DNA of 12,152 nucleotides from a bacterium (GCA_046758365.1 JBHIAC010000099.1:1-12152); one strand, 5' to 3'. Counted from the first letter of the stretch, positions 1 through 7,453 are shown. The notes: generated by a model from the letters alone, not told the origin. Made by a program: numbers and translations.

Positions 1-1
1 C

Positions 2-256
2 CAAACTGAGAGGAAGAAGGTAAAGAAAATCGCCAAGGATTTGCTAAAAACGCTGCATCGGGAGAAATTGGTACTTGATTGGCGCAAAAGGCAGCAATCA
101 CGAGCGTCGGTACGACTCTGTATTGAGGAAATATTAGACCAACTGCCGAAAAAGTTTACCAAAGAACTCTTTCTACAAAAATGCGACGTGGTCTATCAAC
201 ACGTTTATGAATCGTATTACGGCGCGGGAAGGAGTGTTTATGCACTGGCAGCGTAA
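2..256 (+). CDS. hsdR: Type I restriction enzyme R subunit, C-terminal fragment (DUF3387-like); 5' part lies outside the window
   Basis: Frame is open from position 2 (QTERKKVKKIAKDLLKTLHREKLVLDWRKRQQSRASVRLCIEEILDQLP...KCDVVYQHVYESY) to TAA 254-256. The LVLDWRK...RA.VR and VYQHVY.SY pattern is typical of HsdR C-termini. The TTG at 41 is an internal codon. Confidence 0.85.
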   Translation, partial: QTERKKVKKIAKDLLKTLHREKLVLDWRKRQQSRASVRLCIEEILDQLPKKFTKELFLQKCDVVYQHVYESYYGAGRSVYALAA

Positions 257-304
257 GTGTAACAAATAGTACTTTAAATGTTTTTCGATATTAAGGAGAA
301 AGTT

Positions 305-1180
305 ATGAAATTTGGTTGCCAGTCCATGGTCGGTCACATAAAACGTCTTCTACTAAAACATCCCAAAGAGGCTTTCATTAACCAAGAATATGTTCGTACG
401 AAATGGCAAGAATTAAATTATTTGGATTGCCCTGATTATCATAAAGCGCTGGAGGAGTATGATTATTTTGTTGAATTGCTGAACAATCATATCCCTGAAA
501 TTTACTATTTACCTCAAAATAATCAAACGGGACTCGATTCAATTTATGTACACGATCCTGTTATCATAACAAACCGAGGAGCAATCCTATGTAAAATGGG
601 AAAAGAAAAGCGTCAACCAGAATCCCCGGCAATTGGAGAATTCCTTCCTAAATTAAATGTCCCAATTCTAGGAAAGATTACCGGTGAAGGAAGATTAGAG
701 GGTGGCGATGTGGTTTGGATCGATGAATACACGTTAGCCGTGGGCCGAGGGTACCGCACTAATGACGAAGGCCTCCGACAATTAAAAGCGCTTACGGCAG
801 ACTTTGTAGATAAATTAGTGGATGTTCCATTACCGCACTGGCAAGGGCCTGATGACGTGCTGCATTTGATGTCGCTTATTAGTCCAATTGATGACAACTT
901 GGCCGTGGTTTATTCCAGGTTACTACCCGTACCGTTTCGAGAGTGGCTGCTTGCCAGAGGAATCAAACTGCTGGAAGTGCCAGATTCTGAATACCAGACC
1001 ATGGCGTGTAACATCCTGGCCGTAGCCCCTCGAAAATGCATCATGCTTTCCGGTAACCCTCGTACCAAAAAGATGCTTGAAGATGAGGGGGTTGAAGTCT
1101 GGGTGTATCGGGGAGAAGAAATTTCCAGAAAGGGAGCTGGCGGTCCGACATGCCTTACGAGACCGCTGCTGCGTGATTAA
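305..1180 (+). CDS. Amidinotransferase / dimethylarginine dimethylaminohydrolase (DDAH)-arginine deiminase superfamily protein
   Basis: Motifs DSIYVHDP, LEGGDV, GYRTN, VLHL and C-terminal GGPTCLTRPL (catalytic Cys/His/Asp pattern). Start moved from 278 to the in-frame ATG at 305 because AAGGAG lies at 293-298. Confidence 0.9.
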   Translation: MKFGCQSMVGHIKRLLLKHPKEAFINQEYVRTKWQELNYLDCPDYHKALEEYDYFVELLNNHIPEIYYLPQNNQTGLDSIYVHDPVIITNRGAILCKMGKEKRQPESPAIGEFLPKLNVPILGKITGEGRLEGGDVVWIDEYTLAVGRGYRTNDEGLRQLKALTADFVDKLVDVPLPHWQGPDDVLHLMSLISPIDDNLAVVYSRLLPVPFREWLLARGIKLLEVPDSEYQTMACNILAVAPRKCIMLSGNPRTKKMLEDEGVEVWVYRGEEISRKGAGGPTCLTRPLLRD

Positions 1181-1267
1181 AGCATATTTAAAAATCCATA
1201 TCCAGATAAACATCAAACTGGAGTCCCAGTCGGTCTGCATAATTCCTGCGTATGTTCATTTCTTTAT

Positions 1268-2215
1268 TTACGAAATGAAGAATTCGTAGACGGCCTTAGA
1301 AATTTGGATATCCTGAACAGCCACGCCAGTGAGGTCTGCCACCGTGATTTGATCCTCAGAAGTTCTGCCAGAAACCTCGCCCGAGATAACCCGCCCGAGT
1401 TCAACGAGGTTCTGGCCTTCCATTAATTTGCCTTTTCTAACATGAGCGATCTCTCCTCGTTCCAGGCACTGACTGATGCTGTCAGCCACCACAAGATCAG
1501 CTTTTTCCAGAATAGCCGCATCAAGCTCTTGTTTGTTTGGTGTGTCCGCTCCGACGGCTGTGATGTGCGTCCCTTGGTGAATTTGATCAGCGGTTAACAG
1601 TGGAGCAGTAGCCGGTGTTGTTGTTACGATTAGATTGCAAGTTGCCGCCAGGTCGCCGAGGTCTCGGGTCGTTGTAATAGCAAACCCTTCTGGCGCTAAC
1701 TCTGCCTGGTACCTATCCAGATTTTCTTGTTTCCTACCCCAGACGATGACATCCCGGCAATTGATTACTGTCAACAATTGACGTAGTTGCAGTCGAGCCT
1801 GAATACCCGTACCCACAATCCCAATTCGATGAACTTGCTGTGGCGCTAAATACTTAGCAACAATGGCACCGGCCATGGCTGTGCGCAGATCGGTGAGATG
1901 TCCCTTATCGAGGAGAATGCACAATAATTCCCCTGTTTTCTGACTGAAAAGTAGGTTCAAGCCATTGCTTGACGATAAATTCAGTTTTGGGTTCTCATAG
2001 AATCCCGAAGCAATCTTGATGACATAATAGTCATCACTGACCAGGTAACCATACTTGATGTGAACATCGCCAGGCGGGTCTTTAAAAAGCAGCTCTCCGA
2101 CCGGCGGGACTACTGCTTTTTTCTTAGAATAAGCCACAAACCCAGCCTCAATTGCTGGAGTAACATCTATGGAACGTAACGCTTCTTTGATTTGTTCAAG
2201 CTTTATTATTTTCAT
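1268..2215 (-). CDS. Ornithine cyclodeaminase / mu-crystallin family protein, EutC-like clade
   Basis: Motifs IKIASGFYENPKL, LTDLRTA, Rossmann GTGIQA, HITAVGAD..KQELD and DLTGVAVQD. ATG overlaps the upstream stop (TAATG at 2217-2213). Confidence 0.9.
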   Translation of the reverse strand: MKIIKLEQIKEALRSIDVTPAIEAGFVAYSKKKAVVPPVGELLFKDPPGDVHIKYGYLVSDDYYVIKIASGFYENPKLNLSSSNGLNLLFSQKTGELLCILLDKGHLTDLRTAMAGAIVAKYLAPQQVHRIGIVGTGIQARLQLRQLLTVINCRDVIVWGRKQENLDRYQAELAPEGFAITTTRDLGDLAATCNLIVTTTPATAPLLTADQIHQGTHITAVGADTPNKQELDAAILEKADLVVADSISQCLERGEIAHVRKGKLMEGQNLVELGRVISGEVSGRTSEDQITVADLTGVAVQDIQISKAVYEFFIS

Positions 2216-3324
2216 TAGATTTCCGATAAAGTTTCATCGATACGTTTTAATCCGGCTATTAAGTAATCTTGCTCCGAACCAATGCCGATGCGAACCCAGT
2301 GATCCATTCCAAAACAATCACCGGCAAGGATAAAAGTGCTTTTTTCTTTTCTCAGTTTTGTCGCGAGTTCTGTAGAATTAATTTTCATGTTATATCGCAG
2401 AAAAACCATTCCGCCGGCTTGTGGTGGGATGAATGAGAAGAGCTCTTCGTGTTTTGCAACCCATTTGGTCAACATAGCGAGATTTTTATTTAGCATTTTT
2501 CGGTTACGCTTTAAAATTCTCGCTCTCAATTCCGGCTGTAATGCCAGAGTTGCTATCCGGTTACTGAGAATACCGGTAGCGATCGAGGTATAATCTCGGC
2601 AAGCCCAACCATCAGCGATCACCTGATGCGGTCCGACTAACCAGCCAATTCTCAACCCAGGGAGCGCATAGGCTTTTGAAAGCCCACCCGCGACCATGAC
2701 TTTTTCGTATAGTCCATAGAAAGTCGGGGTATCTTTACTATCTAATTCAGCCCCCCTATAAATCTCATCAGCATAGAGCCACGCATCGACTTCCCTAGCC
2801 AGGCGGACCATCTCATTCATAGCTTCCTCCCTCAGTACGGCACCTGTGGGATTATTCGGATTGCAGACTGCAATCATTTTCGTTCTGGATGTCACCAAAT
2901 TTTTCAACGCCTCAAGGTCGGGTTGCCAGTTTAATTCCTCTTTCAAGTAAAATGGCTGGACATTAACTCCAAATGCCCTGACTATTCCCCAAATCTGCAT
3001 ATAATTCGGAAGCATAAGTACGAGTTCGTCGCCTCGTTCCAGAAGACTCCACATTGCCACAAAATTAGCTTCTGCAGAACCGCTTGTAACCAATATATTC
3101 TCCCGATCGGTTCCCGGGTACAGGTTGCTGATCGCTTCTCTCAGCTCTATAGAGCCATTCGTTTGGCCGTAACCGAGTCGAATGGAAAGTAATTTTTCGA
3201 TTTCATCCCGATTAAGCAACTCATTAAGAGTAAAAGGATGAACACCAGTTTCTGTCAGGTTGTATTCGACTGTGTTTTCCCATAACGATTGGGTTCTCTC
3301 AAGTTCAAAAATCTCGATTTTCAT
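2215..3324 (-). CDS. Class I/II-fold PLP-dependent aminotransferase
   Basis: Motifs GYGQTNG...LREAI, CNPNNPTG, DEIY, GLSKAYALPGLRIGW (PLP lysine) and VRIG near the C-terminus; 369 aa. Confidence 0.92.
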   Translation of the reverse strand: MKIEIFELERTQSLWENTVEYNLTETGVHPFTLNELLNRDEIEKLLSIRLGYGQTNGSIELREAISNLYPGTDRENILVTSGSAEANFVAMWSLLERGDELVLMLPNYMQIWGIVRAFGVNVQPFYLKEELNWQPDLEALKNLVTSRTKMIAVCNPNNPTGAVLREEAMNEMVRLAREVDAWLYADEIYRGAELDSKDTPTFYGLYEKVMVAGGLSKAYALPGLRIGWLVGPHQVIADGWACRDYTSIATGILSNRIATLALQPELRARILKRNRKMLNKNLAMLTKWVAKHEELFSFIPPQAGGMVFLRYNMKINSTELATKLRKEKSTFILAGDCFGMDHWVRIGIGSEQDYLIAGLKRIDETLSEI

Positions 3325-3532
3325 ATCAATCTCTTTATTTCCTCCTTAATTTTCTCCAATCGTTTTAGAGCTTGCTCATAACGACCATGCTGGAGGGAAT
3401 TATGCATGGTCTCTAAAAGCGCATTTCGATTTCCAGATAACGATCATACCATTCCGCCGAATTTAGAGTAAAAGCTCTTCCTAAAGCTTGCAGAGTAGGC
3501 TTTAACTCTCTTTGCCGGTGGTGCCGGAGGGC
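3321..3532 (-). pseudogene. Cryptic 3' remnant of an unidentified gene with a 1-nt frameshift
   Basis: Minus 3532-3413 reads ALRHHRQRELKPTLQALGRAFTLNSAEWYDRYLEIEMRF*. A -1 shift in the T4 run (3415-3418) gives LETMHNSLQHGRYEQALKRLEKIKEEIKRLI*, whose TGA (3323-3321) overlaps the aminotransferase ATG as ATGA. The first segment has no N-terminal start codon. Confidence 0.5.
3363..3418. repeat. Nested inverted repeat / hairpin upstream of the aminotransferase
   Basis: TTTTAGAG 3363-3370 pairs with CTCTAAAA 3411-3418. GACCATGC 3383-3390 pairs with GCATGGTC 3404-3411. Confidence 0.55.
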
Positions 3533-4849
3533 TTATACAGCCTCCGACAAGCTGGTGAAGGTAAAATCACGAATCTTCAATGGTGGAATTAAGCTTCCGT
3601 TGATCCGTTGTGGTTTCCCCAAAGCTTCGAGATTGTTCAACATAAGGATGGGGCTTTCATTGAACCTGAAATTTTTCACTGGATATTGGATCTTGCCGTT
3701 TTCAATAAAGAAGGTACCATCGCGTGTCAATCCCGTGAATAATAAGGTCTGTGGATCTACGGTTCGGATGTACCAGGTACGAGTAACTAGAATACCCTGC
3801 TTCGTATCTTTGATTAGGTCTTCAATGGATGCATCTCCACCTTCCATGACCGCGGCAGCCGGTGCTGGAATGGCTTTAACACCTTTCTTTTTGGCCCAGT
3901 AACGAGAATAGAAAAAATTCTTAACCACACCATTTTTAATCCAGTAGGTTTTCTCACGTGGTCTACCATCGCCAGACCATGTAGCAGTGGGTATTTCAGG
4001 ATGTGTAGGATCGGAGTAGATGGTTACGCGTTCGTCTACAATCTTTTCATCAAGCTTGGTGCCTCCCCCCTGTTTAGCGAAAAAGCTGCGGCCCTCGTCT
4101 GCTTGACGTGCACCCATGTTGTATACCATATTCTGAAGCAGCCCAAAGGAAGCAGCCGGTTCGAGAATTACGACATATTTGCCCGGCTCAATCGCTTTCG
4201 GCTTCCGGGACATGACAGCTTTATCAATGGCGATTTGCGAGGCTTCATTTGTGTCAAGCTTTTGTACATTGTTGTAATCCCGGGTTACATATCCAGAACC
4301 TGTACCATCATCCGTACGAATGGTTACGGAAAAGTCTACACTTGTTTGTTGATGATAAGCAAATAGGCCAGCCGTATTCATCATAGACAGGAAGCCGGTG
4401 CTATCTTGAAAAAAGCCAGCAGCAGTTAGATTTTTAGCACGCGAAGGTTTAATGCTGGCAGCCGTGGCTTTTGCTCGATATTCAGGCGTAATCTCAGCGG
4501 TGGATTTAAAATAGGCCTTCGATTCTAGATATTCCTGTGGCTCCAACACTTCAACAAATTCAGGATTTTCAGGTGCAAATTTGGCTAACTCTTCCGACCT
4601 TCTTACTATTTTTTCCAGAGAGGCATCATCAAATTCATTTATGGTGGCTGTACCTGACTTTTTACCATAATTTGACTGGACTATGAGTGTTGTATCACTC
4701 ACTTCTCCGCTGGTTGTTACAGTATTTAGAGCATAACGAATATTACCCCCAACCCTTCCATTCAGGTTTGCTTCACAACCATCGGCTTTTGAATAGCTAA
4801 GGACCTTCTCCAGAATGGTCCGAGCCTCGTCTTTTGTAAATTCTGCCAT
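3533..4849 (-). CDS. tldE: TldE/PmbA-family protein (non-catalytic partner of TldD)
   Basis: Motifs IEPGKYVVILEP, TGLTRDGTFFIENGKI.YPVKNFRFNESP and PPLKIRDFTFTS. No HExxxH motif and no signal peptide. Lies directly downstream of tldD; SD AAGGA at 4864-4860. Confidence 0.88.
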   Translation of the reverse strand: MAEFTKDEARTILEKVLSYSKADGCEANLNGRVGGNIRYALNTVTTSGEVSDTTLIVQSNYGKKSGTATINEFDDASLEKIVRRSEELAKFAPENPEFVEVLEPQEYLESKAYFKSTAEITPEYRAKATAASIKPSRAKNLTAAGFFQDSTGFLSMMNTAGLFAYHQQTSVDFSVTIRTDDGTGSGYVTRDYNNVQKLDTNEASQIAIDKAVMSRKPKAIEPGKYVVILEPAASFGLLQNMVYNMGARQADEGRSFFAKQGGGTKLDEKIVDERVTIYSDPTHPEIPTATWSGDGRPREKTYWIKNGVVKNFFYSRYWAKKKGVKAIPAPAAAVMEGGDASIEDLIKDTKQGILVTRTWYIRTVDPQTLLFTGLTRDGTFFIENGKIQYPVKNFRFNESPILMLNNLEALGKPQRINGSLIPPLKIRDFTFTSLSEAV

Positions 4850-4886
4850 AATTATAATTTCCTTATTTTTTTATTTTATTATTTAT

Positions 4887-6512
4887 TTAAATTTTACGTT
4901 TGGTATTAATGACATTAACCCCGGTAAAACGAGCCGTGGAGCAGCCGTGAGAGACGGCACTGATTTGTCCAGGCTGGCCCTTGCCATCAAAGAAAGAACC
5001 ATCCAGACGATAATCACTTTCATCACAGATTTGTAAACAAGAATTCCAAAACTCCTGAGTGTTGGACTGATACGCAACATCCCGCAGCATGTCTCCAATT
5101 TTACCGTTATTAATCTCATAGAAGAGCTGTCCCCCAAACTGAAAATTATAGCGCTGTTGGTCTATAGAATATGAACCATCGCCGATAATATAAATGCCTT
5201 TCTCTACATCTTTGATCAAGTCATCCACCGATAGCTTCTCTTTACCTGGCTCAAGTGACACATTAGGCATGCGTTGGAATTGAATTGAGCTCCAACTGTC
5301 GGCATAGCAGCATCCGTGGGATTCTTTTTCACCGAGAATATGAACCTGATCGCGAATGGCCTGATAGTTGACCAAGATTCCCTCTCTGACCATATCCCAT
5401 TGCTTACATTTTACACCTTCATCATCCCATCCAACAGCTCCCAAGGAGTGTGGTTGGGTTTTATCTGCATATAAATTTACACTTTTGCTTCCGAAATTAA
5501 AAGATTTCGACCTCCATTTATCCAGTGTTGCAAAACTAGTCCCGGCATAGTTTGCTTCATAACCCAATACCCGGTCCAGCTCAAGTGGATGCCCCACTGA
5601 CTCGTGGATGGTTAGCCAAAGATGTGTGGGATCCAATACGATGTCATATTTTCCCGGCTCAACCGACTTCGCACTCAGTTTTTCTCTTGCTTGTTGTGCA
5701 GCGGCCGTGGCATCCTCTATCATATCGTAATGGTAGCGATAAAGGGTTGTTATTCCGGGAATTTTATCTGAATCTTTAGGAATAAGATATTCATAACCCA
5801 TGCCCATCGGAGCACTCAGCGCATTGCGCGTTTGAAATTTACCCTTTTTTGGATCAATAGCCGTCACAAAAAAATTCGGCCAAATACGATGAATGTCTTG
5901 ATCAATATACGATCCTTCGGTGGAGGCAAAATATTTCTGTTCATTTACTAAGAATAAGAATGAGTTAACATAATTCGCTCCGTTCTTCAACGCGGCATCA
6001 TTCACGGCCATTAATAAATCAACTTTTTCCGAAATCGGCACTTCAAAAGCATTTTTCTTTATCGGTGTCTTCCAAGACACCTCACCATAACTTTTAACTG
6101 GAGCCAATTTTATCGGCTCTTCTTGAATTTTTGAGTTGGCTTTTGCAATGGCCACAGCCTGCTCGGCTGCTTTTGCTACTTTATCTGGTGTTACTTCACT
6201 TGTTGCCGCAAAGCCCCAAGTTCCTTTGGCAATGATCCGAATCCCCACTCCATAAGATTCCGTATTAACAATATTCTGAACCTTATCCTCACGAGTAAAC
6301 ACATATTGGTTGAGATAACGGCCTATTCGTATGTCCGCATAGGTCGCACCTTTAGCCGTTGCGGCATTCAGTGCAATATCTGCCAGCTTCTTTTTCTCGG
6401 CAGTATCAATTGGTGTGATTGGTCCCGTGATAGGATGTCCTAAAAGGGGTAAAGGAATCGCTAAAGAACCGATCCCAAGACCACTTATGCGTATGAAATC
6501 TCGTCGATTCAA
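4887..6512 (-). CDS. tldD: TldD-family metalloprotease with twin-arginine (Tat) signal peptide
   Basis: N-terminus MNRRDFIR followed by a hydrophobic stretch; GATYADIRI, HESVGH (HExxxH, 5606-5589), WDDEGV, QRMPNVSLEPG. TTG start with GGAGG 7 nt upstream (6524-6520). Confidence 0.92.
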   Translation of the reverse strand: MNRRDFIRISGLGIGSLAIPLPLLGHPITGPITPIDTAEKKKLADIALNAATAKGATYADIRIGRYLNQYVFTREDKVQNIVNTESYGVGIRIIAKGTWGFAATSEVTPDKVAKAAEQAVAIAKANSKIQEEPIKLAPVKSYGEVSWKTPIKKNAFEVPISEKVDLLMAVNDAALKNGANYVNSFLFLVNEQKYFASTEGSYIDQDIHRIWPNFFVTAIDPKKGKFQTRNALSAPMGMGYEYLIPKDSDKIPGITTLYRYHYDMIEDATAAAQQAREKLSAKSVEPGKYDIVLDPTHLWLTIHESVGHPLELDRVLGYEANYAGTSFATLDKWRSKSFNFGSKSVNLYADKTQPHSLGAVGWDDEGVKCKQWDMVREGILVNYQAIRDQVHILGEKESHGCCYADSWSSIQFQRMPNVSLEPGKEKLSVDDLIKDVEKGIYIIGDGSYSIDQQRYNFQFGGQLFYEINNGKIGDMLRDVAYQSNTQEFWNSCLQICDESDYRLDGSFFDGKGQPGQISAVSHGCSTARFTGVNVINTKRKI

Positions 6513-6566
6513 AACATACCCTCCTGTTTTTGTTTAATTTCTTTATTATTGATGAATTATTTACAC

Positions 6567-6986
6567 TTACTTCAGCAATTCTCGAATTTGATCGACAAAA
6601 TTTTGGATGAATTCGTATTTAGTTTGGAGTATTTCATTAACCCGGTCAATATCTAATCGCCAGTAAATGTGTACAAGCACATTACGAAATCCTGCTAAAT
6701 CTTGAAGCTCTCTTGCAACTTCTTCATTTAAATAACCATGAGATGATAAAATTTCAAACGATTCTCGATAGGAGTTTGGCTTCGGTAATCCCAAATGAGC
6801 AATAATATAATGAGCAATATCAATACACGATTGGATGGTTACAAGCAATGCATGAAAGACCATATTTTGAATATCTCGGTCTCTTTTAAGGTCTTTTAGT
6901 TTATAGGATTTTCTGTAACGTTGCCAATCAGCTAAATTCTGTTGTAAGGAGTGCAAATGTTCTATGGCGGTTTCTTTTGCGTTCAT
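6567..6986 (-). CDS. hepT: HEPN/DUF86 ribonuclease toxin (HepT-like, type VII TA)
   Basis: IQSCIDIA, P.SYRESFEIL and GFRNVLVHIY (RX4HXY motif); 139 aa. ATGA overlap with the upstream nucleotidyltransferase at 6986-6983. Confidence 0.88.
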   Translation of the reverse strand: MNAKETAIEHLHSLQQNLADWQRYRKSYKLKDLKRDRDIQNMVFHALLVTIQSCIDIAHYIIAHLGLPKPNSYRESFEILSSHGYLNEEVARELQDLAGFRNVLVHIYWRLDIDRVNEILQTKYEFIQNFVDQIRELLK

Positions 6987-7405
6987 AAATCAAATAGATG
7001 TTCATTGAAAAATCTTCGTGTGGGCTCATAATCCAAATACTCAGTCAAGACGCTGGCTTCAAAAATTACTCGCAAATCTCGATTTCTTTCAAAAATAATA
7101 ACACCTGATCGGATTACTTCATGCTGAAAATGCACAGGCGCCTCATTCAATAATCTCAGATCAACAGGAATCCGCGGTTTCAGATAGGATTCCAACTCGG
7201 CACCCCACCGCAGGACTTTAAAAAAAGCTTCCTTAGATTTTGTAAACTTTTCATGGCATAAGACCGCAACATCTAAATCATGGAATGAATACTCCTGAAG
7301 AGCAGAACCAAAAAGGTAGACTATTTGAATTGGTTCAATAGCATTAAAAAACGGTTTTAATTGCACCGTTAATTCTCGAATTTTATCTTCACTTAACATC
7401 GGCAC
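6983..7405 (-). CDS. mntA: Minimal nucleotidyltransferase antitoxin (MntA-like)
   Basis: YLFGS-x8-DLDVAV and VDLRLLNEAP..FQHEVI..G; paired with the HEPN gene. The true start may be the ATG at 7399 rather than the GTG at 7405. Confidence 0.87.
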   Translation of the reverse strand: MPMLSEDKIRELTVQLKPFFNAIEPIQIVYLFGSALQEYSFHDLDVAVLCHEKFTKSKEAFFKVLRWGAELESYLKPRIPVDLRLLNEAPVHFQHEVIRSGVIIFERNRDLRVIFEASVLTEYLDYEPTRRFFNEHLFDL

Positions 7406-7424
7406 CCTATTGATCTAACAAAAT

Positions 7425-7453
7425 AATTTACAAAATCCTATTTATGAAGTCAA
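7425..7453 (-). promoter_or_regulatory. Putative sigma70 promoter for mntA-hepT (possibly also tldDE)
   Basis: TTGACT (7453-7448), 17 nt spacer, TAAATT (7430-7425), just upstream of mntA. Confidence 0.55.

Noticed and set aside
278..304. Longer start (ATG 278) for the amidinotransferase
   Set aside because: The SD AAGGAG at 293-298 fits ATG 305, and ATG 278 has no SD.
1217..1230. ACTGG-AGTC-CCAGT hairpin as a terminator between convergent genes
   Set aside because: Only a 5-bp stem with no substantial U-tract on either strand.
613..1289. ORFs 613-897(-), 923-1240(-) and 1077-1289(+)
   Set aside because: Antisense or alternative-frame shadows of the amidinotransferase gene, with no recognisable motifs.
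2215..3324. Aminotransferase as an MppP/RohP-type PLP arginine oxidase or VioD-type capreomycidine synthase in a biosynthetic cluster
   Set aside because: It lacks the N-terminal NLADGH-type motif I associate with the oxidases, and no arginine hydroxylase or NRPS gene is in the window.
3362..3372. GTTTTAGAGCT, identical to the start of type II-A CRISPR repeats
   Set aside because: Single 11-nt match with no repeat-spacer periodicity and no cas genes; it is explained by the local hairpin and gene remnant.
4850..4886. TTATT-rich tract between tldD and tldE
   Set aside because: Low-complexity A-rich translation leader containing the tldE SD, not a regular repeat.
2336..5779. ORFs 2336-2593, 3555-3902, 4001-4366, 4815-5036, 5368-5550, 5552-5779 (+) and 4883-5137 (-)
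   Set aside because: All overlap well-supported aminotransferase, tldE or tldD genes and show no family motifs.
6509..6517. Minimal ORF ATG-TTT-TGA overlapping the tldD TTG start
   Set aside because: The ATG is only 2 nt from GGAGG, too close for efficient initiation; the TTG has 7-nt spacing.
7413..7419. ATCTAAC matching the integron attC inverse core RYYYAAC
   Set aside because: No matching GTTRRRY core with attC-like pairing was found, the orientation does not fit the minus-strand genes, and there is no integrase.
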